A DNA stretch of 64,000 nt. It comes from Eledone cirrhosa. Its lineage: Eukaryota. This document shows, piece after piece, positions 40,981-56,500 of this stretch. The DNA is taken from NCBI GenBank assembly GCA_964016885.1, contig OZ024745.1:64604001-64668000 (forward strand). Direction: 5' to 3'. The notes beneath the pieces were generated by a model, which was not told the DNA's origin, made no database searches, and was given only the letters and a program-made list of their open reading frames with translations. Both the position numbers and the translations under genes were made by a program. How positions within the stretch are numbered: position 1 is the stretch's first letter; each line of letters starts with the position of its first letter.

Positions 40981-43900
40981 CCATTTTTTATTTGGGGGAT
41001 CCATTTTTTATTTGGGTGATCCATTTTTTATTTGGGTGATCCATTTTTTATTTGGGGGATCCATTTTTTATTTGGGTGATATATTTTTTATTTGGGTGAT
41101 CCATTTTTTATTTGGGGGATCCATTTTTTATTTGGGGGATCCATTTTTTATTTGGGTGATCCATTTTTATTTGGAGATCCATTTTGTATTTGGGTGATCC
41201 ATTTTTTAATTGGGTGATCCATTTTTTATTTGGGTGATCCATTTTTTATTTGGGTGATCCATTTTTTATTTGGGGGATCCATTTTTTATTTGGGTGATCC
41301 ATTTTTTAATTGGGTGATCCATTTTTTATTTGGGGGATCCATTTTTTATTTGGGTGATCCATTTTTTATTTGGGTGGTCCATTTTTTATTTGGGTGATCC
41401 ATTTTTTATTTGGGGGATCCATTTTTTATTTGGGTGATCCATTTTTTATTTGGGGATCCATTTTTTATTTGGGTGATCCATTTTTTATTTGGGTGATCCA
41501 TTTTTTATTTGGGTGATCCATTTTTTATTTGGGTGGTCCATTTTTTATTTGGGTGATCCATTTTTTATTTGGGGGATCCATTTTTTATTTGGGTGATCCA
41601 TTTTTTATTTGGGGATCCATTTTTTATTTGGGTGATCCATTTTTTATTTGGGTGATCCATTTTTTATTTGGGGGATACATTTTTTATTTGGGTGATCCAT
41701 TTTTTATTTGGGGGGTCCATTTTTTATTTGGGGGATACATTTTTTATTTGGGGGATCCATTTTTTATTTGGGGGATCCATTTTTTATTTGGGTGATCCAT
41801 TCTTTATTTGGGGGATCCATTTTTTATATGGGGGATCCATTTTTTATTTGGGTGATCCATTTTTTATTTGGGTGATCCATTTTTTATTTGGGGGGATCCA
41901 TTTTTTATTTGGGTGATCCATTTTTTATTTGGGTGATCCATTTTTTATTTGGGTGATCCATTTTTTATTTGGGTGGTCCATTTTTTATTTGGGTGATCCA
42001 TTTTTTATTTGGGGGATCCATTTTTTATTTGGGTGATCCATTTTTTATTTGGGGATCCATTTTTTATTTGGGTGATCCATTTTTTATTTGGGTGATCCAT
42101 TTTTTATTTGGGGGGTCCATTTTTTATTTGGGGGATACATTTTTTATTTGGGGGATCCATTTTTTATTTGGTGGATCCATTTTTTATTTGGGTGATCCAT
42201 TCTTTATTTGGGGGATCCATTTTTTATTTGGGGGATCCATTTTTTATTTGGGTGATCCATTTTTTATTTGGGTGATCCATTTTTTATTTGGGGGGATCCA
42301 TTTTTAATTTGGGTGATCCATTTTTTATTTGGGGGATCCATTTTTTATTTGGGTGATCCATTTTTTATTTGGGCCATCCATTTTTTATTTGGGTGATCCA
42401 TTTTTTATTTGGGTGATCCATTTTTTAATTGGGTGATCCATTTTTTATTTGGGGGATCCATTTTTTATTTGGGTGATCCATTTTTTATTTGGGTGGTCCA
42501 TTTTTTATTTGGGTGATCCATTTTTTATTTGGGGGATCTATTTTTTATTTGGGTGATCCATTTTTTATTTGGGGATCCATTTTTTATTTGGGTGATCCAT
42601 TTTTTATTTGGGTGATCCATTTTTTATTTGGGGGATCCATTTTTTATTTGGGTGATCCATTTTTTATTTTGCTGATTCATTTTTTATTTGGGTGATCCAT
42701 TTTTTATTTGGGGGATCCATTTTTTATTTGGGTGATCCATTTTTTATTTGGGGGATCCATTTTTTATTTGGGTGATCCATTTTTTATTTGGGTGATCCAT
42801 TTTTTATTTGGGGGATCCATTTTTTATTTGGGGGATACATTTTTTATTTGGGTGATCCATTTTTATTTGGAGATCCATTTTGTATTTGGGTGATCCATTT
42901 TTTAATTGGGTGATCCATTTTTTATTTGGGTGATCCATTTTTTATTTGGGGGATCCATTTTTTATTTGGGTGATCCATTTTTTATTTGGGGGATCCATTT
43001 TTTATTTGGGTGATCCATTTTTTATTTGGGTGATCCATTTTTTATTTGGGGGATCCATTTTTTATTTGGGTGATATATTTTTTATTTGGGTGATCCATTT
43101 TTTATTTGGGGGATCCATTTTTTATTTGGGGGATCCATTTTTTATTTGGGTGATCCATTTTTATTTGGAGATCCATTTTGTATTTGGGTGATCCATTTTT
43201 TAATTGGGTGATCCATTTTTTATTTGGGTGATCCATTTTTTATTTGGGTGATCCATTTTTTATTTGGGGGATCCATTTTTTATTTGGGTGATCCATTTTT
43301 TAATTGGGTGATCCATTTTTTATTTGGGGGATCCATTTTTTATTTGGGTGATCCATTTTTTATTTGGGTGGTCCATTTTTTATTTGGGTGATCCATTTTT
43401 TATTTGGGGGATCCATTTTTTATTTGGGTGATCCATTTTTTATTTGGGGATCCATTTTTTATTTGGGTGATCCATTTTTTATTTGGGTGATCCATTTTTT
43501 ATTTGGGTGATCCATTTTTTATTTGGGTGGTCCATTTTTTATTTGGGTGATCCATTTTTTATTTGGGGGATCCATTTTTTATTTGGGTGATCCATTTTTT
43601 ATTTGGGGATCCATTTTTTATTTGGGTGATCCATTTTTTATTTGGGTGATCCATTTTTTATTTGGGAGATACATTTTTTATTTGGGTGATCCATTTTTTA
43701 TTTGGGGGGTCCATTTTTTATTTGGGGGATACATTTTTTATTTGGGGGATCCATTTTTTATTTGGGGGATCCATTTTTTATTTGGGTGATCCATTCTTTA
43801 TTTGGGGGATCCATTTTTTATATGGGGGATCCATTTTTTATTTGGGTGATCCATTTTTTATTTGGGTGATCCATTTTTTATTTGGGGGGATCCATTTTTT

Positions 43901-44968
43901 ATTTGGGTGATCCATTTTTTATTTGGGTGATCCATTTTTTATTTGGGTGATCCATTTTTTATTTGGGTGGTCCATTTTTTATTTGGGTGATCCATTTTTT
44001 ATTTGGGGGATCCATTTTTTATTTGGGTGATCCATTTTTTATTTGGGGATCCATTTTTTATTTGGGTGATCCATTTTTTATTTGGGTGATCCATTTTTTA
44101 TTTGGGGGGTCCATTTTTTATTTGGGGGATACATTTTTTATTTGGGGGATCCATTTTTTATTTGGGGGATCCATTTTTTATTTGGGTGATCCATTCTTTA
44201 TTTGGGGGATCCATTTTTTATTTGGGGGATCCATTTTTTATTTGGGTGATCCATTTTTTATTTGGGTGATCCATTTTTTATTTGGGGGGATCCATTTTTA
44301 ATTTGGGTGATCCATTTTTTATTTGGGGGATCCATTTTTTATTTGGGTGATCCATTTTTTATTTGGGGGATCCATTTTTTATTTGGGTGATCCATTTTTT
44401 ATTTGGGTGATCCATTTTTTAATTGGGTGATCCATTTTTTATTTGGGGGATCCATTTTTTATTTGGGTGATCCATTTTTTATTTGGGTGGTCCATTTTTT
44501 ATTTGGGTGATCCATTTTTTATTTGGGGGATCTATTTTTTATTTGGGTGATCCATTTTTTATTTGGGGATCCATTTTTTATTTGGGTGATCCATTTTTTA
44601 TTTGGGTGATCCATTTTTTATTTGGGGGATCCATTTTTTATTTGGGTGATCCATTTTTTATTTTGCTGATTCATTTTTTATTTGGGTGATCCATTTTTTA
44701 TTTGGGGGATCCATTTTTTATTTGGGTGATCCATTTTTTATTTGGGGGATCCATTTTTTATTTGGGTGATCCATTTTTTATTTGGGTGATCCATTTTTTA
44801 TTTGGGGGATCCATTTTTTATTTGGGGGATACATTTTTTATTTGGGTGATCCATTTTTATTTGGAGATCCATTTTGTATTTGGGTGATCCATTTTTTAAT
44901 TGGGTGATCCATTTTTTATTTGGGTGATCCATTTTTTATTTGGGGGATCCATTTTTTATTTGGGTGAT
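40981..44968 (+). repeat. 1994-bp (~100-monomer) direct tandem duplication
   Basis: ORF pairs 41529/43523, 41969/43963, 42489/44483 and 42708/44702 have offset 1994. Marker GATATATTT lies at 41078 and 43072. Confidence 0.88.
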
Positions 44969-47900
44969 CCATTTTTTATTTGGGTGGTCCATTTTTTATT
45001 TGGGTGATCCATTTTTTATTTGGGTGATCCATTTTTTATTTGGGGGATCCATTTTTATTTGGGTGATCCATTTTTTATTTGGGTGATCCATTTTTTATTT
45101 GGGGGATCCATTTTTTATTTGGGGGATCCATTTTTTATTTTGGGTGATGCATTTTTTATTAGGGGGATCCATTTTTTATTTGGGTGATCCATTTTTATTT
45201 GTAGATCCATTTTTTATTTGGGTGATCCATTTTTTATTTGGGTGATCCATTTTTTAATTGGGGGATCCATTTTTTATTTAGTTGATCCATTTTTTAATTG
45301 GGTGATCCATTTTTTATTTGGGGGATCCATTTTTTATTTGGGGGATCCATTTTTTATTTGGGGGATCCATTGTTTATTTGGGTGATCCATTTTTTATTTG
45401 GGTGATCCATTTTTTAATTGGGTGATCCATTTTTTATTTGGGGGATACATTTTTTATTTGGGTGATCCATTTTTTATTTGGGTGGTCCATTTTTTATTTG
45501 GGTGATCCATTTTTTATTTGGGGGATCCATTTTTTATTTGGGTGATCCATTTTTTAATTGGGTGATCCATTTTTTATTTGGGGGATCCATTTTTTATTTG
45601 GGTGATCCATTTTTTATTTGGGTGGTCCATTTTTTATTTGGGTGAGCCATTTTTTATTTGGGGGATCCATTTTTTATTTGGGTGATCCATTTTTTATTTG
45701 GGGATCCATTTTTTATTTGGGTGATCCATTTTTTATTTGGGTGATCCATTTTTTATTTGGGTGATCCATTTTTTACTTGGGGGATCCATTTTTTATTTGG
45801 GTGATCCATTTTTTATTTTGCTGATTCATTTTTTATTTGAGTGATCCATTTTTTATTTGGGGGATCCATTTTTTATTTGGGTGGTCCATTTTTTATTTGG
45901 GGGATCCATTTTTTATTTGGGTGATCCATTTTTTATTTGGGTGATCCATTTTTTATTTGGGGGATCCATTTTTTATTTGGGTGATCCATTTTTTATTTGG
46001 GTGATCCATTTTTTATTTGGGGGATCCATTTTTTATTTGGGGGATCCATTTTTTATTTGCGTGATCCATTCTTTATTTGGGGGATCCATTTTTTATATGG
46101 GGGATCCATTTTTTATTTGGGTGATCCATTTTTTATTTGGGTGATCCATTTTTTATTTGGGGGGATCCATTTTTTATTTGGGTGATCCATTTTTTATTTG
46201 GGTGATCCATTTTTTATTTGGGTGATCCATTTTTTATTTGGGTGGTCCATTTTTTATTTGGGTGATCCATTTTTTATTTGGGGGATCCATTTTTTATTTG
46301 GGTGATCCATTTTTTATTTGGGGATCCATTTTTTATTTGGGTGATCCATTTTTTATTTGGGTGATCCATTTTTTATTTGGGGGATACATTTTTTATTTGG
46401 GTGATCCATTTTTTATTTGGGGGGTCCATTTTTTATTTGGGGGATACATTTTTTATTTGGGGGATCCATTTTTTATTTGGGGGATCCATTTTTTATTTGG
46501 GTGATCCATTCTTTATTTGGGGGATCCATTTTTTATTTGGGGGATCCATTTTTTATTTGGGTGATCCATTTTTTATTTGGGTGATCCATTTATAATTTGG
46601 GGGATCCATTTTTAATTTGGGTGATCCATTTTTTATTTGGGGGATCCATTTTTTATTTGGGTGATCCATTTTTTATTTGGGGGATCCATTTTTTATTTGG
46701 GTGATCCATTTTTTATTTGGGTGATCCATTTTTTAATTGGGTGATCCATTTTTTATTTGGGGGATCCATTTTTTATTTGGGTGATCCATTTTTTATTTGG
46801 GTGGTCCATTTTTTATTTGGGTGATCCATTTTTTATTTGGGGGATCCATTTTTTATTTGGGTGATCCATTTTTTATTTGGGGATCCATTTTTTATTTGGG
46901 TGATCCATTTTTTATTTGGGTGATCCATTTTTTATTTGGGGGATCCATTTTTTATTTGGGTGATACATTTTTAATTTGGGGGTCCATTTTTTATTTGGGG
47001 GATCCATTTTTATTTGGGTGATCCATTTTTTATTTGGGTTGATCCCTTTTTTATTTGGGGGATTCATTTTTTATTTGGGTGATCCATTTTTTATTTGGGG
47101 GATCCATTTTTTATTTGGGGGATCCATTTTTTATTTGGTTGATCCATTTTTTATTAGGGGGATCCATTTTTTATTTGGGTGATCCATTTTAATTTGGAGA
47201 TCCATTTTTTGTTTAGGTGATCCATTTTATAATTGGGTGATCCATTTTTTATTTGGGGGATCCATTTTTTATTTGGGGGATCCATTATTTATTTGGGTGA
47301 TCCATTTTTTATTTGGGTGATCCATTTTTTATTTGGGTGATCCATTTTTTATTTGGGTGATCCGTTTTTTATTTGGGTGATCCATTTTTTATTTGGGGGA
47401 TCCATTTTTTATTTGGGTGATCCATTTTTTATTTGGGTGATCCATTTTTTATTTGAGGGATCCATTTTATATTTGGGTGATCCATTTTTTATTTGGGTGA
47501 TCCATTTTTTATTTGGGGGATCCATTTTTTATTTGGGGGATCCATTTTTTATTTGGGGGATCCATTTTTTATTTGGGGGATCCATTTTTTATTTGGGTGA
47601 TCCATTTTTTATTTGGGTGATCCATTTTTTATTTGGCGGATCCATTTTTTATTTGGGTGATCCATTTTTTATTTTGCTGATTCATTTTTTATTTGGGTGA
47701 TCCATTTTTTATTTGGGGGATCCATTTTTTATTTGGGTGATCCATTTTTTATTTGGGGGATCCATTTTTTATTTGGGTGATCCATTTTTTATTTGGGTGA
47801 TCCATTTTTTATTTGGGGGATCCATTTTTTATTTGGGGGATACATTTTTTATTTGGGTGATCCATTTTTATTTGGAGATCCATTTTGTATTTGGGTGATC

Positions 47901-50590
47901 CATTTTTTAATTGGGTGATCCATTTTTTATTTGGGTGATCCATTTTTTATTTGGGGGATCCATTTTTTATTTGGGTGATCCATTTTTTATTTGGGTGGTC
48001 CATTTTTTATTTGGGTGATCCATTTTTTATTTGGGTGATCCATTTTTTATTTGGGGGATCCATTTTTATTTGGGTGATCCATTTTTTATTTGGGTGATCC
48101 ATTTTTTATTTGGGGGATCCATTTTTTATTTGGGGGATCCATTTTTTATTTTGGGTGATGCATTTTTTATTAGGGGGATCCATTTTTTATTTGGGTGATC
48201 CATTTTTATTTGTAGATCCATTTTTTATTTGGGTGATCCATTTTTTATTTGGGTGATCCATTTTTTAATTGGGGGATCCATTTTTTATTTAGTTGATCCA
48301 TTTTTTAATTGGGTGATCCATTTTTTATTTGGGGGATCCATTTTTTATTTGGGGGATCCATTTTTTATTTGGGGGATCCATTGTTTATTTGGGTGATCCA
48401 TTTTTTATTTGGGTGATCCATTTTTTAATTGGGTGATCCATTTTTTATTTGGGGGATACATTTTTTATTTGGGTGATCCATTTTTTATTTGGGTGGTCCA
48501 TTTTTTATTTGGGTGATCCATTTTTTATTTGGGGGATCCATTTTTTATTTGGGTGATCCATTTTTTAATTGGGTGATCCATTTTTTATTTGGGGGATCCA
48601 TTTTTTATTTGGGTGATCCATTTTTTATTTGGGTGGTCCATTTTTTATTTGGGTGAGCCATTTTTTATTTGGGGGATCCATTTTTTATTTGGGTGATCCA
48701 TTTTTTATTTGGGGATCCATTTTTTATTTGGGTGATCCATTTTTTATTTGGGTGATCCATTTTTTATTTGGGTGATCCATTTTTTACTTGGGGGATCCAT
48801 TTTTTATTTGGGTGATCCATTTTTTATTTTGCTGATTCATTTTTTATTTGAGTGATCCATTTTTTATTTGGGGGATCCATTTTTTATTTGGGTGGTCCAT
48901 TTTTTATTTGGGGGATCCATTTTTTATTTGGGTGATCCATTTTTTATTTGGGTGATCCATTTTTTATTTGGGGGATCCATTTTTTATTTGGGTGATCCAT
49001 TTTTTATTTGGGTGATCCATTTTTTATTTGGGGGATCCATTTTTTATTTGGGGGATCCATTTTTTATTTGGGTGATCCATTCTTTATTTGGGGGATCCAT
49101 TTTTTATATGGGGGATCCATTTTTTATTTGGGTGATCCATTTTTTATTTGGGTGATCCATTTTTTATTTGGGGGGATCCATTTTTTATTTGGGTGATCCA
49201 TTTTTTATTTGGGTGATCCATTTTTTATTTGGGTGATCCATTTTTTATTTGGGTGGTCCATTTTTTATTTGGGTGATCCATTTTTTATTTGGGGGATCCA
49301 TTTTTTATTTGGGTGATCCATTTTTTATTTGGGGATCCATTTTTTATTTGGGTGATCCATTTTTTATTTGGGTGATCCATTTTTTATTTGGGGGATACAT
49401 TTTTTATTTGGGTGATCCATTTTTTATTTGGGGGGTCCATTTTTTATTTGGGGGATACATTTTTTATTTGGGGGATCCATTTTTTATTTGGGGGATCCAT
49501 TTTTTATTTGGGTGATCCATTCTTTATTTGGGGGATCCATTTTTTATTTGGGGGATCCATTTTTTATTTGGGTGATCCATTTTTTATTTGGGTGATCCAT
49601 TTTTTATTTGGGGGGATCCATTTTTAATTTGGGTGATCCATTTTTTATTTGGGGGATCCATTTTTTATTTGGGTGATCCATTTTTTATTTGGGGGATCCA
49701 TTTTTTATTTGGGTGATCCATTTTTTATTTGGGTGATCCATTTTTTAATTGGGTGATCCATTTTTTATTTGGGGGATCCATTTTTTATTTGGGTGATCCA
49801 TTTTTTATTTGGGTGGTCCATTTTTTATTTGGGTGATCCATTTTTTATTTGGGGGATCCATTTTTTATTTGGGTGATCCATTTTTTATTTGGGGATCCAT
49901 TTTTTATTTGGGTGATCCATTTTTTATTTGGGTGATCCATTTTTTATTTGGGGGATCCATTTTTTATTTGGGTGATACATTTTTAATTTGGGGGTCCATT
50001 TTTTATTTGGGGGATCCATTTTTATTTGGGTGATCCATTTTTTATTTGGGTTGATCCCTTTTTTATTTGGGGGATTCATTTTTTATTTGGGTGATCCATT
50101 TTTTATTTGGGGGATCCATTTTTTATTTGGGGGATCCATTTTTTATTTGGTTGATCCATTTTTTATTAGGGGGATCCATTTTTTATTTGGGTGATCCATT
50201 TTAATTTGGAGATCCATTTTTTGTTTAGGTGATCCATTTTATAATTGGGTGATCCATTTTTTATTAGGGGGATCCATTTTTTATTTGGGGGATCCATTAT
50301 TTATTTGGGTGATCCATTTTTTATTTGGGTGATCCATTTTTTATTTGGGTGATCCATTTTTTATTTGGGTGATCCGTTTTTTATTTGGGTGATCCATTTT
50401 TTATTTGGGGGATCCATTTTTTATTTGGGTGATCCATTTTTTATTTGGGTGATCCATTTTTTATTTGAGGGATCCATTTTATATTTGGGTGATCCATTTT
50501 TTATTTGGGTGATCCATTTTTTATTTGGGGGATCCATTTTTTATTTGGGGGATCCATTTTTTATTTGGGGGATCCATTTTTTATTTGGGG
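44580..50590 (+). repeat. 3011-bp (~151-monomer) direct tandem duplication
   Basis: ORF pairs 44702/47713, 45857/48868 and 46238/49249 (offset 3011), and 46797/49809 and 47353/50365 (offset 3012). Marker GTGAGCC lies at ~45642 and ~48653. Confidence 0.88.
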
Positions 50591-53500
50591 GATCCATTTT
50601 TTATTTCGGGGATCCATTTTTTATTTGGGTGATTCATTTTTTATTTGGGGGATCCATTTTTTATTTGGGTGATCCATTTTTTTTATTTGGGGGTCCATTT
50701 TTTATTTGGGTGATCCATTTTTTATTTGGATGATCCATTTTTTAATTGGGTGATCCATTTTTATTTGGGTGATCCATTTTTTACTTGGGGGATCCATTTT
50801 TTATTTGGGTGATCCATTTTTTATTTTGCTGATTCATTTTTTATTTGGGTGATCCATTTTTTATTTGGGGGATCCATTTTTTATTTGGGTGAACCATTTT
50901 TTATTTGGGAGATCCATTTTTTATTTGGGTGATCCATTTTTTATTTGGGTGATCCATTTTTTATTTGGGGGATCCATTTTTTATTTGGGTGATCCATTTT
51001 TTATTTGGGTGATCCATTTTTTATTTGGGGGATCCATTTTTTATTTCGGGGATCCATTTTTTATTTGGGTGATCCATTTTTATTTGGAGATTCATTTTGT
51101 ATTTGGGTGATCCATTTTTTAATTGGGTGATCCATTTTTTATTTGGGTGACCCATTTTTTATTTGGGGGATCCATTTTTTATTTGGGTGATCCATTTTTT
51201 ATTTGGGTGGTCCATTTTTTATTTGGGTGATCCATTTTTTGTTTGGGGGATCCATTTTTTATTTGGGTGATCCATTTTTTATTTGGGGATCCATTTTTTA
51301 TTTGGGTGATCCATTTTTTATTTGGGTGATCCATTTTTTATTTGGGGGATACATTTTTTATTTGGGTGATCCATTTTTTATTTGGGGGGGTCCATTTTTT
51401 ATTTGGGGGATCCATTTTTATTTGGGTGATCCATTTTTTATTTGGGGGATCCATTTTTTATTTGGGTGATCCCTTTTTTATTTGGGGGATCCATTTTTTA
51501 TTTGGGTGATCCATTTTTTATTTGGGGGATCCATTTTTTATTTGGGGGATTCATTTTTTATTTGGGTGATCCATTTTTTATTAGGGGGATCCATTTTTTA
51601 TTAGGGGGATCCATTTTTTATTTGGGTGATCCATTTTTATTTGGAGATCCATTTTTTATTTAGGTGATCCATTTTATAATTGGGTGATCCATTTTTTATT
51701 TGGGGGATCCATTATTTATTTGGGTGATCCATTTTTTATTTGGGTGATCCATTTTTTATTTGGGTGATCCATTTTTTATTTGGGTGATCCATTCTTTATT
51801 TGGGTGATCCATTTTTTATTTGGGGGATCCATTTTTTATTTGGGTGATCCATTTTTTATTTGGGGGATCCATTTTTTATTTGGGTGATCCATTTTTTATT
51901 TGGGGGATCCATTTTTTATTTCGGGGATCCATTTTTTATTTGGGTGATTCATTTTTTATTTGGGGGATCCATTTTTTATTTTGGGTGATCCATTTTTTAT
52001 TAGGGGGATCCATTTTTTATTTGGGTGATCCATTTTTATTTGTAGATCCATTTTTTATTTGGGTGATCCATTTTTTAATTGGATGATCCATTTTTTATTT
52101 GGGGGATCCATTTTTTATTTGGGGGATCCATTATTTATTTGGGTGATCCATTTTTTATTTGGGTGATCCATTTTTTATTCGGGGGATCCATTTTTTATTT
52201 GGGTGATCCATTTTTTATTTGGGTGATCCATTTTTTAATTGGGGATCCATTTTTTATTTAGTTGATCCACTTTTTAATTGGGTGATGCATTTTTTATTTG
52301 GGGGATCCATTTTTTATTTGGGGGATCCATTTTTTATTTGGGGGATCCATTGTTTATTTGGGTGATCCATTTTTTATTTGGGTGATCCATTTTTTATTTG
52401 GGGGATCCATTTTGTATTTGGGTGATCCATTTTTTATTTGGGTGATCCATTTTTTATTTGGGTGATCCATTTTTTATTTGTGGGATCCATTTTTTATTTG
52501 GGTGAACCATTTTTTATTTGGGGGATCCTTTTTTTATTTGGGTGATCCATTTTTTATTTGGGTGATCCATTTTTTATTTGGGGGATCCATTTTTTATTTG
52601 GGTGATCCATTTTTTATTTGGGTGATCCATTTTTTATTTGGGTGATCCATTTTTATTTGGAGATCCATTTTGTATTTGGGTGATCCATTTTTTAATTGGG
52701 TGATCCATTTTTTATTTGGGTGATCCATTTTTTATTTGGGTGATCCATTTTTTATTTGGGGGATCCATTTTTTATTTGGGTGATCCATTTTTTAATTGGG
52801 TGATCCATTTTTTATTTGGGGGATCCATTTTTTATTTGGGTGATCCATTTTTTATTTGGGTGATCCATTTTTTATTTGGGGGATCCATTTTTTATTTGGG
52901 GGATCCATTTTTTATTTGGGTGATCCATTTTTTATTTGGGTGATCCATTTTTTATTTGGGGGGATCCATTTTTAATTTCGGTGATCTATTTTTTATTTGG
53001 GGGATCCATTTTTTATTTGGGTGATCCATTTTTTATTTGGGGGATCCATTTTTTATTTGGGTGATCCATTTTTTATTTGGGTGATACATTTTTTAATTGG
53101 GTGATCCATTTTTTATTTGGGGGATCCATTTTTTATTTTGTGTGATCCATTTTTTACTAGGGGGATCCATTTTTTATTTGGGTGATCCATTTTTATTTGT
53201 AGATCCATTTTTTATTTGGGTGATCCATTTTTTAATTGGATGATCCATTTTTTATTTGGGGGATCCATTTTTTGTTTGGGGGATCCATTATTTATTTGGG
53301 TGATCCATTTTTTATTTGGGTGATCCATTTTTTATTTGGGGGATCCATTTTTTATTTGGGTGATCCATTTTTTATTTGGGTGATCCATTTTTTAATTGGG
53401 GGATCCATTTTTTATTTAGTTGATCCATTTTTTAATTGGGTGATCCATTTTTTATTTGGGGGATCCATTTTTTATTTGGGGGATCCATTTCTTATTTGGG

Positions 53501-56500
53501 GGATCCATTGTTTATTTGGGTGATCCATTTTTTATTTGGGTGATCCATTTTTTATTAGGGGGATCCATTTTTTATTTGGGGGATCCATTTTTTATTTGGG
53601 TGATCCATTTTTTATTTGGGTGATCCATTTTTTATTTGGGTGATCCATTTTTTATTTGGGGGATCCATTTTTTATTTGGGTGATCCATTTTTTATTTGGG
53701 TGATACATTTTTTATTTGGGGGATCCATTTTTTATTTGGGTGATCCATTTTTTATTTGGGGGATCCATTTTTTATTTGGGGGATCCATTTTTTATTTGGG
53801 TGATCCATTTTTTATTTGGGTGATCCATTTTTTATTTGGGGGGATCCATTTTTAATTTGGGTGATCCATTTTTTATTTGGGGGATCCATTTTTTATTTGG
53901 GTGATCCATTTTTTATTTGGGGGATCCATTTTTTATTTGGGGGTCCATTTTTTATTTGGGGGATCCATTTTTATTTGGGTGATCCATTTTTTATTTGGGG
54001 GATCCATTTTTTATTTGGGTGATCCATTTTTTATTTGGGTTGATCCCTTTTTTATTTGGGGGATCCATTTTTTATTTGGGTGATCCATTTTTTATTTGGG
54101 GTATCCATTTTTTATTTGGGGGATCCATTTTTTATTTGGTTGATCCATTTTTTATTAGGGGGATCCATTTTTTATTTGGGTGATCCATTTTAATTTGGAG
54201 ATCCATTTTTTGTTTAGGTGATCCATTTTATAATTGGGTGATCCATTTTTTATTTGGGGGATCCATTTTTTATTTGGGGGATCCATTATTTATTTGGGTG
54301 ATCCATTTTTTATTTGGGTGATCCATTTTTTATTTGGGTGATCCATTTTTTATTTGGGTGATCCATTTTTTATTTGGGTGATCCATTTTTTTTTGGGGGG
54401 ATCCATTTTTTATTTGGGTGATCCATTTTTTATTTGGGTGATCCATTTTTTATTTGAGGGATCCATTTTATATTTGGGTGATCCATTTTTTATTTGGGTG
54501 ATCCATTTTTTATTTGGGGGATCCATTTTTTATTTGGGGGATCCATTTTTTATTTGGGGGATCCATTTTTTATTTGGGGGATCCATTTTTTATTTCGGGG
54601 ATCCATTTTTTATTTGGGTGATTCATTTTTTATTTGGGGGATCCATTTTTTATTTGGGTGATCCATTTTTTTTATTTGGGGGTCCATTTTTTATTTGGGT
54701 GATCCATTTTTTATTTGGATGATCCATTTTTTAATTGGGTGATCCATTTTTATTTGGGTGATCCATTTTTTACTTGGGGGATCCATTTTTTATTTGGGTG
54801 ATCCATTTTTTATTTTGCTGATTCATTTTTTATTTGGGTGATCCATTTTTTATTTGGGGGATCCATTTTTTATTTGGGTGAACCATTTTTTATTTGGGAG
54901 ATCCATTTTTTATTTGGGTGATCCATTTTTTATTTGGGTGATCCATTTTTTATTTGGGGGATCCATTTTTTATTTGGGTGATCCATTTTTTAATTGGGTG
55001 ATCCATTTTTTATTTGGGGGATCCATTTTTTATTTCGGGGATCCATTTTTTATTTGGGTGATCCATTTTTATTTGGAGATTCATTTTGTATTTGGGTGAT
55101 CCATTTTTTAATTGGGTGATCCATTTTTTATTTGGGTGACCCATTTTTTATTTGGGGGATCCATTTTTTATTTGGGTGATCCATTTTTTATTTGGGTGGT
55201 CCATTTTTTATTTGGGTGATCCATTTTTTATTTGGGGGATCCATTTTTTATTTGGGTGATCCATTTTTTATTTGGGGATCCATTTTTTATTTGGGTGATC
55301 CATTTTTTATTTGGGTGATCCATTTTTTATTTGGGGGATACATTTTTTATTTGGGTGATCCATTTTTTATTTGGGGGGGTCCATTTTTTATTTGGGGGAT
55401 CCATTTTTATTTGGGTGATCCATTTTTTATTTGGGGGATCCATTTTTTATTTGGGTGATCCCTTTTTTATTTGGGGGATCCATTTTTTATTTGGGTGATC
55501 CATTTTTTATTTGGGGGATCCATTTTTTATTTGGGGGATTCATTTTTTATTTGGGTGATCCATTTTTTATTAGGGGGATCCATTTTTTATTAGGGGGATC
55601 CATTTTTTATTTGGTTGATCCATTTTTATTTGGAGATCCATTTTTTATCTAGGTGATCCATTTTATAATTGGGTGATCCATTTTTTATTTGGGGGATCCA
55701 TTATTTATTTGGGTGATCCATTTTTTATTTGGGTGATCCATTTTTTATTTGGGTGATCCATTTTTTATTTGGGTGATCCATTCTTTATTTGGGTGATCCA
55801 TTTTTTATTTGGGGGATCCATTTTTTATTTGGGTGATCCATTTTTTATTTGGGGATCCATTTTTTATTTGGGTGATCCATTTTTTATTTGGGGGATCCAT
55901 TTTTTATTTCGAGGATCCATTTTTTATTTGGGTGATTCATTTTTTATTTGGGGGATCCATTTTTTATTTTGGGTGATCCATTTTTTATTAGGGGGATCCA
56001 TTTTTTATTTGGGTGATCCATTTTTATTTGTAGATCCATTTTTTATTTGGGTGATCCATTTTTTAATTGGATGATCCATTTTTTATTTGGGGGATCCATT
56101 TTTTATTTGGGGGATCCATTATTTATTTGGGTGATCCATTTTTTATTTGGGTGATCCATTTTTTATTCGGGGGATCCATTTTTTATTTGGGTGATCCATT
56201 TTTTATTTGGGTGATCCATTTTTTAATTGGGGATCCATTTTTTATTTAGTTGATCCACTTTTTAATTGGGTGATGCATTTTTTATTTGGGGGATCCATTT
56301 TTTATTTGGGGGATCCATTTTTTATTTGGGGGATCCATTGTTTATTTGGGTGATCCATTTTTTATTTGGGTGATCCATTTTTTATTTGTGGGATCCATTT
56401 TGTATTTGGGTGATCCATTTTTTATTTGGGTGATCCATTTTTTATTTGGGTGATCCATTTTTTATTTGTGGGATCCATTTTTTATTTGGGTGAACCATTT

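Larger units (their letters stand above)
25460..50047 (+). repeat. ~24.6-kb super-repeat C, copy 1
   Basis: Colinear with sequence from 50048 at offsets 24587-24585 (25778/50365 to 32580/57165), 23269 (34214/57483 to 38699/61968) and 16029 (46797/62826 to 47713/63742). Confidence 0.85.
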
